Shown: piece by piece, positions 1-64,000 of the stretch | Layout of the letters: the number at the start of each line of letters is the position of its first letter | How positions within the stretch are numbered: the stretch's first letter is position 1 | DNA from: Tubiluchus corallicola | Taxonomy: Eukaryota > Animalia > Priapulida | Length of the DNA stretch: 64,000 nucleotides | Assembly: GCA_030141605.1 (NCBI GenBank) | Contig: JAQGDQ010000944.1 | Span: 14,458-78,457 of the forward strand | Direction: 5' to 3' | The notes under the pieces: model-generated | Seen by the model: the letters and a program-made list of their open reading frames with translations, nothing else | What the model was told of the DNA's origin: nothing | Databases searched by the model: none | Made by a program: the position numbers and the translations under genes

Positions 1-553
1 AACTAACACTGCAGTTCATGATCATGGTTATCACGGTACCGCCTTCTATTTACCGGCCACGGGAACGTGATAAAAAGGCACCGCTGCCAATCTTAGTAGA
101 TTCACTGAGCCGCGCGTAGCTTGGAAAGTTTAACGAAATTTAACTATCAGAGGTAATTATTATTTATTCTAAGCTTTGATTTAAAAAAGCTATTGTAGTT
201 TTCAATATTTTAGAGCATTCTTTATTCAATACACAATCGTCCGTTTTTTTCCTTTAAGTATCTAGGTCCCATATTGTCACTCTGATAATGGAAAAGATAA
301 CAATGATATTCTTAATCAACTTCGTTTATTGTATATCAGAGCAAATTCCATTGTTAGACATTTTTCACATTGTTCAGAGAATGTTAAACGTTATGGTAAT
401 TAAATCACATTTGTTCGCCATTTTATTGTCTCAACTGTGAATGAAATTTCTACAACCTTAATAATCTAAAGTTTGCTTACTACACAGCTATGGTAAAACT
501 CTTCAAATACAGATATGGTACTGGAACTTCTACAATCTGTATAGAAGACGATA

Positions 554-1003
554 TTAACCCTTTCATACCCGTTGTATCCCATGGGATACGAGATTATTTT
601 CTGCCTTTAAAATTAATAAGATTTTAAAACTGACAGTTATTTGATCTGTTAATAGTTATTTTGATTTAAGCCAATAACAATAGACTAAAAATGGTGATAA
701 AATGGCAAACTAGAAAATCTACATAGCATAAAAAAACTGTGCAAGGTACAGTACTTTAGAGATGACTTTGTACAGATCAGCATAGCATGCATACTAAATG
801 TCTTAAATACTTTAAAAAATTATCAGCAGTTGCAAAATGAAGCACATTTTATGCTTCCATTGAATCCCAATGTATCCCGTGGAATACAGGCTATATTTAG
901 CACGCGGCCACAGGTAAAAAAAATAATTATTATGTGTAAACAAGATGTACATTCTGAAAAAAAGTACCAAGCCAAATTTTTTTTTCTTATCTGAAGGGGT
1001 TAA
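554..1003 (+). mobile_element. piggyBac-like MITE family A, copy 1
   Basis: TTAA|CCCTTTCA...TGAAGGGG|TTAA; four copies in the window. Confidence 0.85.
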
Positions 1004-1171
1004 TTACTTTAAAATTATTTCACGCAAATGTACGTATAATTTTAGATGTCGTGTATTAAACTCTTATAATGGTTTATTAAAACACGTAATTTACAGAAGT
1101 GATGTTTCTATATGCTCCAAAATTTCTGCCCGTTCTTGAAAATTGTGTATGAAAAATCATCCTGTCTTCCT

Positions 1172-1506
1172 TTAACCCTTTCTGTCTCAAATTATTTTTT
1201 AATAAGAAAAAACATTTTGGCTTCGTACTTTTGTTCAGTATGTCCAGCTTGTTTACACATAATAATTTTTTATACCTGTGCCCGCGTGCTAAATATATCC
1301 AGTATCCCAGTTTTTGAGCAGTTTTTTTTTATGCTATGTAGATTTTCTAGTTTGCCATTTTATCACCATTTTTAGTCTATTGTTATTGGCTCAAGTCAAA
1401 ATAACTATTAACAGATCAAATAACTGTCAGTTTTAAAATTTTATTAATTTTAAAGGCAGAAAATATTCTCGTATCCCACGGGATACAACGGGTATGAAAG
1501 GGTTAA
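1172..1506 (-). mobile_element. piggyBac-like MITE family A, inverted, internally deleted
   Basis: TTAA|CCCTTTC...TGAAAGGG|TTAA. Confidence 0.85.
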
Positions 1507-2454
1507 CAAGTACATGATTAGGCCATATATTCACCCGTAGCCAAGCCATGCAAAGCCGCACATATGTAATTGTAACCGATGGAGACTCCTCACACATGTT
1601 ATATTGGCTGTCTGGTCATGCTATAATGCTATTGCGGCATGTCATAAGATTACAAGAGCAAGAAACGTGCCCACAATTAGTTATGAGTGTCCTGAGATGA
1701 GGAACAAACTTATCTTCAAAGGACGCCGCTTTGTTGCTGCTCGTCCGTAGCGCGGATTTATTTCAACTTTATTGTAGTCCGGCTGCACCGCATAACTCTT
1801 TTATGATGGCATCTTATAAAATAAATCCAGCACGGACGTCCGTTTTTTTGCAAAGAAATTAGAAGGATGAAGTAGAAATACAATACATTTAAAATGTCCT
1901 GATAGGTGTTTCCAATTTTTGATAATGGATGGCACCACAATCGATTATTGTACGAGATTAGTAAAAATACAATGGAAAAAGGGGCGACGAAAAAGTAAAA
2001 AAAACATTAGTATTACGGACAACAGTAAAACCAGACGAAAAAGAGAAAAAATGAAATAATATTACAAATAGATAATGAAAAAATGGAAAAATGAATAACA
2101 GCAAAAAACAAATGAGAAAAGAGAAAGATAACGAACAAAATAAAAAACAAAACATGAAAAGAGGAAGATAAAATGCGGTAAATAGAAAATGTAAAAAAGC
2201 AAAATGTACCAGATCTAGCGAAAAGTAAGTTCGTTAAATCTCTATTAAATTAAACAGTTGGAAAGATTTGATCATTATTAATAACTATTATTTAGTTTAC
2301 TAAATAAATATATAAACAAATAAAAAATTAATTGAATTATTAAATAAATATTTTGTGTTTCTTAGAAATTCTGAACAGAAAAAATTGTAGTATGTGTATC
2401 ACTAGAGCCAATGATGAATGAAATGGTGCTATCGCTAAACATGTATTTTACTAA

Positions 2455-2980
2455 GTGTGTCATTTTTTCTTGTGTCATTTTTACCTACTTTTTACATTTG
2501 TACCAATTTTTCCTGCGCCATTTTTTCCTGTGTCATTTTTACCTACTTCTTGTCCTAGTGCTATTTTTCCTGTGCCTGTTTGCCTGTGTCATCTTTACCA
2601 TGCCATTTTTACCTGTGTCATCTTTACCGAGCCATTTTTACCTGTGCTATTTTTACCTGTGCCATTTTTTCTTGTGCCATTTTTTCCTGTGCCGTAGTGA
2701 CCGGTAAGAAAGAAAAAAGTCAGAAAAAAAATCACAGTTAATTTTCTCTAGTGTTAGAATTAGAGTTAGGATTAATGTTAGGATTAGGGTTAGGATTAGG
2801 GTTAGGATTTGGGTTAGGAATAGGGTTAGGATTAGGGTTAGGGATAGGGTTAGGATTTGGGTTAGGAATAGGGTTAGGATTTGGGTTAGGAATAGGGTTA
2901 GGATTTGGGTTAGGAATAGGGTTATTTTTTGCACCTTTTTTTACCTGTGACTTTTTAACTTGTGATTATGTTTCCTGGAT
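2455..2980. repeat. TGTG(C/T)CATTTTTACC repeats plus a TTAGGG-like array; related array at 48424-48866
   Basis: Subterminal-repeat style arrays; GGGTTAGGA(A/T)T at 2750-2925. Confidence 0.65.
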
Positions 2981-4057
2981 TTAGCATGAGTACATTTTAT
3001 TAAAACACTTTCTTAACGCTGTTTTTCTTCTTTCTCATGTTTCCTATTCTCACCATCTCCCACTTGTTTTGTAAAGCCAGTGTCTTGTCTCTGAATGGTA
3101 ACAGAAATTTAGAATTAATGAAGTAAAGCTATGTTTTGTTTGTTATAAGTACAACTATATGTTTGTTGTCACGTGTTAAATTTATGTTCTAATATCAAAT
3201 CAATGTTACACATCACTCTCTTGTGCCCCGCATAAGTGCAGCGGCTTAAAACTCCGTTCCCCTCCCACACTAATACTTGTTCTCATTATTACCAGCACTT
3301 TGTCAAAGTTTAAGCAGGGCTATGAAAGAAGACTAAACCTTTTCATCCTCTCTGATGGTTAAAATTACAATGATTGTGCCCTCTAAATGGTGGCACCATT
3401 AGCCGTTCAGAAAAAGCCTAAATTGCCGTTTTTTGTGCCGTTCCTTCTTCTTGCTTGATACGATGATTGGTGTTGAGTGTCATGAAAATCTGGCCTGCCT
3501 CTACTAACCTTAAGCCTGAACTGCACATTAGATGTAATTAAAAACACCATAATTACCACAGACAGAAGGTGTCGTGCGAGGCAGACTAGCCCTACCCCCA
3601 GCGCGGCACCTTATTATCCCATATCCTCTTCAAAGGCGGCGTCGAACTACAAAGAGACCGCCATTCAGCAACTCAGTGGAGTAATACAGGGCGGTAGTTA
3701 TTTGCAAAGTTTGCCGCCAATATTAATAAACACACAACGTGTTCGTAATCGCGTTTCATAATTTTATACTGCGGTTTTAAACCGGATATTTTGCTGCGGA
3801 CCCCCCAAAGTAAATTCTGTTGCGTGGAGTAAAAAGATTGTAAAGTTTTTTTATGCAACATGAGAATTTTACGGCATTTCAGTTGTAACCAGGTTTCAAA
3901 TGGCAATTATTAGCCCACAACACTCTGATATAGAATGTAAAAGTGTTGCAAGTGTTAGAACAAGCCACGTTTATTAAAAACTTGTCTTTTAAGTATCTTT
4001 ATTCCAGTAGTCTATCTCATAAATCAGTTGTATTAATTAACAAGGAAGTCTGTCAAA

Positions 4058-4084
4058 TGAGAGAGAGAGAGAAAGAGAGAGGGG

Positions 4085-4150
<66 letters not shown>

Positions 4151-4225
4151 AAGAGAGGAGAGAGAGAGAGAAAGAGAGACAGAGAGAGAGAGGGGGAGGG
4201 AGAGAGAGTGGGAGAGAGAGAGGAG
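4058..4225. repeat. (AG)n microsatellite
   Basis: Direct reading. Confidence 0.95.
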
Positions 4226-4502
4226 ACGCAAACTTGTAACTTCCCAAGAATGTATAATTTAATTAGCTAAGTTAATTTTTCGTTAATATTTAAAATTTTC
4301 AAATGTTTTATATTTTGCATTTTAGAATTTTAGATATAAAATACACCAGTAAAGATGATTGAATTGAAAAAAATCACTTTTATTAACAACCTAAATTTAC
4401 AATTGTTTAAAAACATGTCCAAACATTTCGCTATCATTTCTCTAGTTCTAGATCTATCTATTCATTTTAACCATTTTTCAAAACTTATTAGAGATTCTTT
4501 TA

Positions 4503-4951
4503 TTAACCCTTTCATACCCGTTGTATCCCGTGGGATACGAGAATATTCTCTGCCTTTAAAATTAATAAAATTTTAAAACTGACAGTTATTTGATCTGTTA
4601 ATAGTTATTTTGATTTAAGCCAATAACAATAGACTAAAAATGGTGATAAAATGGCAAACTAGAAAATCTACATAGCATAAAAAACTGTGCAAGGTACAGT
4701 ACATTAGAGACGACTTTGTACAGATCAGCATAGCATGCATACTAAATGTCTTAAATACTTTAAAAAATTATCAGCAGTTGCAAAATGAAGCACATTTTAT
4801 GCTTCCATTGAATCCCAATGTATCCCGTGGGATACAGGCTATATTTAGCACGCGGGCACAGGTAGAAAAAAATAATTATTATGTGTAAACAAGAAGTACC
4901 AAGCCAAAAAATTTTTCTTATAAAAAAATAATTTGGGACTGAAAGGGTGAA
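4503..4951 (+). mobile_element. piggyBac-like MITE family A, copy 3
   Basis: Near-identical to 554-1003. Confidence 0.85.
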
Positions 4952-5536
4952 TCATGTTTTATTGTGGTATTATAAAGAGATAAATAAATTAAAATTAAAT
5001 TGAATTGTTTCTAGTGAAATGCGCTTTGACGTGTCTCTATGAACTGTGACTTACATTATTCATAATTACGTGACCAATTAAACCTTTATATGTAAATTCG
5101 TAATAAATCTTACTACTAAAACGTGTCGATAGAATGAATTCACTAAAATAGATTATTTGGTAGCGTGTTTATGAAATTATAAATACATTTTAACCCTTTA
5201 ATGTACAGTAAGTCTCTATTTTTCCTTTTGCTGAATGTTGTGGAAACGTAGCAAAAAACTGGGATTCATCCCGTCTCCCGTGTTCTTAGAATAAGTTTAA
5301 TGAAAGAGAATCACTCTATCAGCTTTTTAAATTAAACTAATTTGAATTTTTCTGAAACGTAACGAAAATCAGATTGTCAATTGTAATCGTGGAAATCAAG
5401 TAAGAAAACTATTAAAATAGAATTTGGGTTGAAATCTCAACATCGTCAATTTTAGGTGAAAATAAACAGTAAGAAAACGCTGCAATAGATCAGAAATAAT
5501 TTAATATGAGTAATCTTAAAGCTAAATAAGTAAGAT

Positions 5537-6020
<484 letters not shown>

Positions 6021-6084
6021 TTTGTTTTATCTGAGTGATTTCAATATTTTAAAAGTCAGAAAAATTTTTACACGGCGAAAATTA

Positions 6085-6738
6085 AAAATCGAAGATTACG
6101 TGTATTGTAAGTGTGTAAATCAAAGATTGCGTGTATTGTAAGTGTGTAAATCAAAGATTGCGTGTATTGTAAGTGTATAAATATCAAAGATTGCGTGTAT
6201 TGTAAGTGTGTAAATCAAAGATTGCGTGTATTGTAATTGTGTAAATCAAAGATTGCGTGTATTGTAAGTGTGTAAATCAAAGATTGCGTGTATTGTAAGT
6301 GTGTAAATCAAAGATTGCGTGTATTGTAAGTGTGTAAATCAAAGATTGCGTGTATTGTAAGTGTGTAAATCAAAGATTGCGTATATTGTAAGTGTGTAAA
6401 TCAAAGACTGCGTGTATTGTAAGTGTGTAAATCAAAGATTGCATGTGTTGTAAGTGTGTAAATCAAAGACTGCGTGTATTGTAAGTGTGTAAATCAAAGA
6501 TTGCATATATTGTAAGTGTGTAAATCAAAGATTGCGTATATTGTAAGTGTGTAAATCAAAGATTGCGTATATTGTAAGTGTGTAAATCAAAGATTGCGTA
6601 TATTGTAAGTGTGTAAATCAAAGATTGCGTGTATTGTAAGTGTGTAAATCAAAGATTGCGTGTATTGTAAGTGTGTAAATCAAAGATTGCGTATATTGTA
6701 AGTGTGTAAATCAAAGATTGCGTGTATTGTAAGTGTGT
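6085..6738. repeat. 31-bp minisatellite, ~21 copies
   Basis: AAATCAAAGATTGCGTGTATTGTAAGTGTGT. Confidence 0.95.
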
Positions 6739-7038
6739 AGTAGCGAAGTAAGAATCATGACAAGAAGTGATAATTCGTAAGAGAATTAATTGACGTAAAG
6801 TAATTTTAGGCAACTAAAATGACCCGTTTCATCAACTTTCGTAAGAAATGGAACCGACAGATGGCGCATCGCCTGATTTCACTCAAAACACTTTCATATT
6901 AGCCGTATGTTTACGTCATACGCGAATTTGTTTTCATATAAACAATTTTTATTTACACGTTTTGGTGTCGTAGATTCACAGAGTAGCAAAACAAAACGGA
7001 CGCTCCATCTTTACTACATTCAACAAGCATGTAGTTCA

Positions 7039-7560
7039 ACATAGACAGAACATAGACATAGAACATAGACATAGAACATTTATTTTCTCCAATTAGTTGG
7101 ACATAAAGAGTTTTTTAAATATTAAGTAATTATAATCATGGAGCAGGGCAGGGAAGGACCATAGGGTCATTTAGTCTCCTGTCTTTTCTTGTAATTAGAT
7201 TAGTCTATTAAAAATTAACAGTGATGCTGCAGATAACAAAAACAAAAACAAATAAGAAAAAAATACAAAATGATACAAATTGTTAAAAAAGAACTGAAAA
7301 CAAAAAATAATAAAGTTGGATACCAAAATGCAAACAAAACAATACAATTATTCAGTAATTAGGATTATCATATGTAGTAGTTTCAAATGGGGTCTTATTA
7401 ACAGGCGAATTTGAAACACATTTGCAAAAGAGACGGTCTAAAAGAATGTACACGAGAAGTTCCTCTTCCTTCTCTGATGAAATGCAAAAACTTTGGAGGT
7501 TCATTACGAAGCGGGCAAACAGGAATTAGGGTCTCCATTAGACGCATGCGCTTTAATTAC
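7039..7560 (-). mobile_element. Retroelement 3' tail, related to 39240-39806
   Basis: Shared TGACC..TGGTC..T...C motif and AATAAATG(TTCTA/TCTA) tail. Confidence 0.45.
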
Positions 7561-8459
7561 TTAATAGGAAAATGTTTAAAGCAAAACCCAATCTCAAACT
7601 CTAGGTCAAAACAATCTACTATTTTAAAATATTGAAAGGGAATATACTACTTTTTTTCAAATTTGACTTTCATGAAAGAATTATTACCACGCAAATGCAA
7701 TTTCACGTTCGCGCCACTAGTTCTTCACTGTTACATGCCTTTCGCCTTTTGCTAGTTAGACGGGCACTATTTCGAAAACGTATTGCACAAAAAACAGGTG
7801 CTGTACCTCTCAGTTCAGATGCATTACTTTGTGACAAACTGCACACGTTCGACAGCCCTTGCGAGTAGAGCGGTAAATTTTTGAAATTTGAATTTTTATC
7901 TTAAAACTTGCCTAGTTTTAGTAGAACACACTGAATATCTTACAGTAGCACTGCACTTCAATTTTCTCTTTCGCAAACACGTGCAACACGCTCGTGGAAT
8001 ATTTTTGATGTTGAAAATTATGTTCATTTGTGACGTCATCAATAGTTGGGCTCGCCCGCGTTAATTAATATTTCAATTTATTAATTAATTATCAGAAACG
8101 CTTTTACAGTTTTATTGGTATTAAAATCTATAGTTTTTACCGAACTTGAAAATGCAAGATACCAAATTTTGCTGTGATTTATGCAAAGCACGAAATAGCG
8201 CATCATTTGACTTGAATTTTGATTTTTGAAAGACAATTAAATTTGAATAAGCCAATCAACTGATGCAGCCAAAATTCTAGACAACATGGAGGGGCGCCGC
8301 CCAAGATCTAAACTCGTTTCCTTTACAGTTTAAAAAACAACTTACGCAAGTTACATATAAAATTAAATATGTTTGTCAATTTCTATGTTTTCCTAGGATT
8401 TAGCTAAGCCTAAACATTTAACATATTATTCATAGATTAGGAGACTTGATAATGTTATG

Positions 8460-9045
8460 ACAGTTGTTTTTTCTTGTATTTCAGTTGCATTTCTCGTATT
8501 TCAGTTCTTTGTTTGTACTTTCTTGTATTTTTTGTATTTCAGTTCTTTGTTTGTATTTTCTTGTATTTCAGTTGTATTTTTTGTATTCCCGTTGTATTTC
8601 AGTTGTTTTTTTGTATTTCAGTTGTATTTTTTGCATTTCAGTTCTTTGTTTGTATTTTCTTGTATTTTTTGTATCTCAGTTCTTTGTTTGTATTTTCTTG
8701 TATTTTTTGTATTTCAGTTCTTTGTTTGTATTTTCTTGTAGTTTTTGTATTTCAGTTCTTTGTTTGTATTTTCTTTTATTTCAGTTCTTTGTTTGTATTT
8801 TCTTGTATTTCAGTTCTTTGTTTGTATTTTCTTGTATTTCAGTTGTATTTTTTGTATTCCCGTTGTATTTCAGTTGTTTTTTGTATTTCACTTCTATTTT
8901 CTTGTATTTCAGTTGCATTTTCGTGTATTTCAGTTGCATTTTGTTGTATTGCAGTTGCATTATATTATATTATGTTATGTTGGGTGGTGTTGTATTGCAT
9001 TGCATTGCATTACATTACATTACATTATATTATATTATATTATCA
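8460..9045. repeat. Degenerate TTGTATTTCAG low-complexity repeat
   Basis: Direct reading. Confidence 0.85.
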
Positions 9046-10120
9046 TAAGGTCACGACGTTGCCAGGATCTTGACAAAAAATATATTCAAAAAATATTGTC
9101 ACAATGGTGGTACAATACTGACATGCTGCCAGGGTAAAAGTCAAATGTACGACATCCTACCAAAGTCGATTCTTCCATTGCAATGCCACGCAGGTGTAGG
9201 TAATACGTTTCAACACTATCTTACTAAACACTACTTAATTAAAGGAAACATCAAGCATTCTAGCAGGTTTGACTTATTTCAATATTCGCGAAGAATATCA
9301 AAAGGATTTAGTAATAAGCGCCTCGTGTAACTAGTAAAATCACTTTAAAGTCGGAATCATTTCATGTTTGGGCGCTCCCATTTTCAACGCCCATTCTCTT
9401 CCAATGACGTCATTCGTTCTTCTTCCCATGAGGTGGTGGTGGTGGTAGTAGTAGTAGTAGTGGTGGAGGTGGTGGTGGTTGTGGTGGTGGTGGTGGTGGT
9501 GGTAGTAGTGGCAGTAGTAGTAGTGTGTAGTTATTGCAGCGTGTTCTTCAATATTATGTGAAATTGTCTTAATTTTGGCAGCAGAGACAAAACAGCGTAA
9601 CCGTAGCGTGAGAACAAGGTTGGATGCTTTCTTAGTGCTTACTGCCATCTGTCGGGGGATAAACAAACGAAAATTAATTGGAAAGCTACAGTTTCTTAAA
9701 AAAATACTATAGGATAAAACTGTTTATTAGAACCAACATTATAAAAAACTTCGAGTAAAAATTTATTTCAGTTCAACTTTTTGCATTTATTAAATCAGAT
9801 AAAGATATTAGTTAATTTGTACTAAAAGTTTAAAAAACTTTGAGCAAAATACCAAAATTATTAAAAAATGGAAAATAGAAAAGAAATTCATACGTGCAAA
9901 TATATCTTAAATGTGTGTATTGATGCTAACAATATAATTATTAATAATTATTAATAATAACATAATAATTATACAAATAATAATTAATGGTAATTTGACT
10001 AAGATAATCACAGTTTGGAAAAGTGCAAAAATGCGTTTAAATCTTGTGTCATCCCGACACACGTCACAATTTGACAATAAAGTTTAATTCCTCTAACAAT
10101 GATTACCATCAACTGGTTAC

Positions 10121-10527
10121 TAGGGATGAGCATCGAATGCTCGAATTCAATTCGAACGATTTTTTTAGTTCGCACTCGATTCGAATCCAAAACTATAGAG
10201 TCGAATAATTCAGCACTTCAATCACACATGTTCTTTATCACTAAAACGATTGAAACATCATGCAATTAGCGTAATTTAGCAGTGATTTCTGCGCACAATT
10301 TTTAAACAAATTATTAGTCGTTTTATTGCAGAACAAATTCGATTTTTAAGCATGATCTTTGTAAGACTAATTTTTACCGCTGGTTCGAAAACTTGTTCGA
10401 AAATCATTTAATCTCAATTTGAATTCGCTTCGAATTCGAAACACTGAAGTTCGGTTCGATTCGAATTCGAAAGTCACAAATTTGGTTCAATTCGAATTTG
10501 CTTTCTGGTAGAGAATGCTCACCCGTA
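10121..10527. mobile_element. hAT-like MITE with TTCGAA subterminal repeats
   Basis: TIRs TAGGGATGAGCAT / ATGCTCACCCGTA; perfect 8-bp TSD CTGGTTAC. Confidence 0.85.
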
Positions 10528-10566
10528 CTGGTTACTAGCATTTTCAGTGCTGCAAACAGACTTAAA

Positions 10567-10893
10567 TAAGCCTTTTCACAGTTTCGTTGTGCGAACGCAG
10601 TTCAGAGTTGAAGTGCACCTCAGCAGCCCGTCTTAACTACAACCATCGCGTGACACGTGCAAAAAGTAAAGCTGTCTGGTGCATCAGTTCAGTAAACTTG
10701 AAGTTTGCTTAATTATGCATTAGTCTGTGTGTAGAGTGATGTACTAGCAGGATCTGTAGTTAGCTGTTTAAACTGTTACTATTACAACAGCATGGGCTGC
10801 GAGGAGTTGTCAAGTGTACACAAACGCATTGTCTGGTACACTTAACCTTTGACCTTTTCACCATCATCATCAGTCGTTGGAACTGTGAAAATG
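10567..10893. mobile_element. MITE family C (other copies 13851-14345, 23947-24320, 58240-58766, fragment ~51030-51110)
   Basis: TIR AAGCCTTTTCACAGTT / AACTGTGAAAA; shared GTACACTTAACCTTTGACC motif. Confidence 0.7.
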
Positions 10894-11496
10894 TTCATTA
10901 ACTACAAATGCATAACAGTAAAACGCACTACCAAAATAATTCGCTTATATAAAACTGTCGATGATCATGACACACACATTACAGGCAATGCAAATATTTG
11001 TTCCTACCAGTGGCAGCCATAGTAAGTTAAATTTAGTAGGTGTGTTGCTATTACAGTGGGTGCCGTTTATTAAACTCACAGTAATGTAGAATCAATCGCC
11101 TAATTGTCTCAAAAACATCTAGTACGGGCCGTTCCTATGCAAAAAAGTATATCAAACTGTCTGCAATTGACTCAAATAACCCTGCATAGATGATCCTATA
11201 TTTTTATACGTAGAGATATACACGTGGTTACACTGATGTACGTGATGTAAACAAAGTGATGGCCTGCCAACTAGCGGTCAGCTCGCAAAACAAGGGATTT
11301 TGCCCGTCTTGGCAGACCGAGAGTGTGAGTGTAGTTGTAGTAGACTAACTCAAGTACAGACAGTACAGACAGCACAGACAGTACAGACAGTACAGACAGC
11401 ACAGACAGTACAGACAGTTGTAGTAGACTAACTCAAGTACAGACAGTTTGTTTTCTGTATTTTACAAAAGTATAAACACCATATTGATTATTTCAT

Positions 11497-62492
<50,996 letters not shown>

Positions 62493-62513
62493 CTAATGAA
62501 ACAAAGTTTAAAC

Positions 62514-63659
62514 CTATGGTAGTATGTAGTAAGGGTGAGTATTCTCTATGGTAGTATGTAGTAAGGGTGAGTATTCTCTATGGTAGTATGTAGTAAGGGT
62601 GAGTATTCTCTATGGCAGTATGTAGTAAGGGTGAGTATTCTCTATGGCAGTATGTAGTAAGGGTGAGTATTCTCTATGGTAGTATGTAGTAAGGGTGAGT
62701 ATTCTCTATGGCAGTATGTAGTAAGGGTGAGTATTCTCTATGGTAGTATGTAGTAAGGGTGAGTATTCTCTATGGCAGTATGTAGTAAGGGTGAGTATTC
62801 TCTATGGTAGTATGTAGTAAGGGTGAGTATTCTCTATGGCAGTATGTAGTAAGGGTGAGTATTCTCTATGGCAGTATGTAGTAAGGGTGAGTATTCTCTA
62901 TGGTAGTATGTAGTAAGGGTGAGTATTCTCTATGGCAGTATGTAGTAAGGGTGAGTATTCTCTATGGTAACATGTAGTAAGGGTGAGTATTCTCTATGGT
63001 AGCATGTAGTAAGGGTGAGTATTCTCTATGGCAGTATGTAGTAAGGGTGAGTATTCTCTATGGCAGTATGTAGTAAGGGTGAGTGTTCTCTATGGTAGTA
63101 TGTAGTAAGGGTGAGTATTCTCTATGGCAGTATGTAGTAAGGGTGAGTATTCTCTATGGCAGTATGTAGTAAGGGTGAGTATTCTCTATGGCAGTATGTA
63201 GTAAGGGTGAGTATTCTCTATGGTAGTATGTAGTAAGGGTGAGTATTCTCTATGGTAGTATGTAGTAAGGGTGAGTATTCTCTATGGCAGTATGTAGTAA
63301 GGGTGAGTATTCTCTATGGTAGTATGTAGTAAGGGTGAGTGTTCTCTATGGCAGCGTGTAGTAAGGGTGAGTATTCTCTATGGTAGCATGTAGTAAGGGT
63401 GAGTATTCTCTATGGTAGTATGTAGTAAGGGTGAGTATTCTCTATGGTAGTATGTAGTAAGGGTGAGTATTCTCTATGGCAGTATGTAGTAAGGGTGAGT
63501 ATTCTCTATGGTAGCATGTAGTAAGGGTGAGTATTCTCTATGGTAGTATGTAGTAAGGGTGAGTATTCTCTATGGTAGTATGTAGTAAGGGTGGGGATTC
63601 TCTATGGCAGTATGTAGTAAGGGTGAGTATTCTCTATGGCAGCATGTAGTAAGGGTGAG
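62514..63659. repeat. 32-bp minisatellite, ~36 copies, abutting the hAT-like MITE
   Basis: CTATGGTAGTATGTAGTAAGGGTGAGTATTCT. Confidence 0.95.
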
Positions 63660-64000
63660 CATCGAACGTTCGAATTCAATTCGAACAGTTTTTTTATTCG
63701 AATTCGATTCAAACCTAAAATTATAGATTCGAACAATGCAGCACTGTAACCACATACGTTCTTCATCATTTAAATGTTTGAAATGTCATGCAGTTAGTAC
63801 AATTTAGCTGCAGTTTCTGTGCAAAATTTTTAACAAACTAATAGTGGTTTTACTGCAGAACAAAATCAGGTAATATGCATGATCTTTGTAAGATCACTTT
63901 TTACTGGTTCGAAAACTTGTTCGAAAATCGTTCAGTTCGATTCGGATTCGAAATACAGAAATTGGTTAGATTCAAATTCGAAAGTCACAAATTCGATTCG
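63650..64000. mobile_element. Second copy of the 10121 hAT-like MITE (runs off the window)
   Basis: Colinear homology with 10121-10500. Confidence 0.8.

Noticed and set aside
2750-2925. True telomere or chromosome fusion site
   Set aside because: Short, degenerate, no head-to-head junction, embedded in MITE-like flanks
430-3560. Possible small minus-strand exons of a neighbouring gene (~481-536, ~3055-3091)
   Set aside because: Splice-like boundaries exist, but I could not assemble a consistent frame or recognise a protein
8457-9137. Overlapping hydrophobic ORFs (also 48426-48967, 61678-62397, 40447-40947)
   Set aside because: Low-complexity repeats open in several frames

Overview
AT-rich, repeat-dense genomic DNA from an invertebrate animal (lophotrochozoan-like by inference). 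The main feature is the 3' part of a minus-strand multi-PLAT-domain gene (LOXHD1-like). I traced 18 exons from 62492 to the stop at 11497, all with GT-AG boundaries and matching phases. One ~22 kb intron (25406-47391) holds a replication-dependent histone quartet (H2A/H2B and H3/H4 divergent pairs, no H1), a decayed two-ORF LINE with an LMDD reverse-transcriptase motif, and a complete 5-exon alpha-tubulin lacking K40 on the opposite strand. The rest is MITEs (piggyBac-, hAT-, pogo-like), SINEs and many minisatellites. The most unusual signal is that several minisatellites are tandem copies of an exon's last codons plus its 5' splice site (about 18, 20 and 60 copies, plus a weaker fourth case). 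One acceptor site is also duplicated. A second notable signal is a long, nearly invariant element downstream of all four histone stem-loops, which predicts this organism's U7 snRNA 5' end. All coordinates were read by eye; repeat-family boundaries are approximate.
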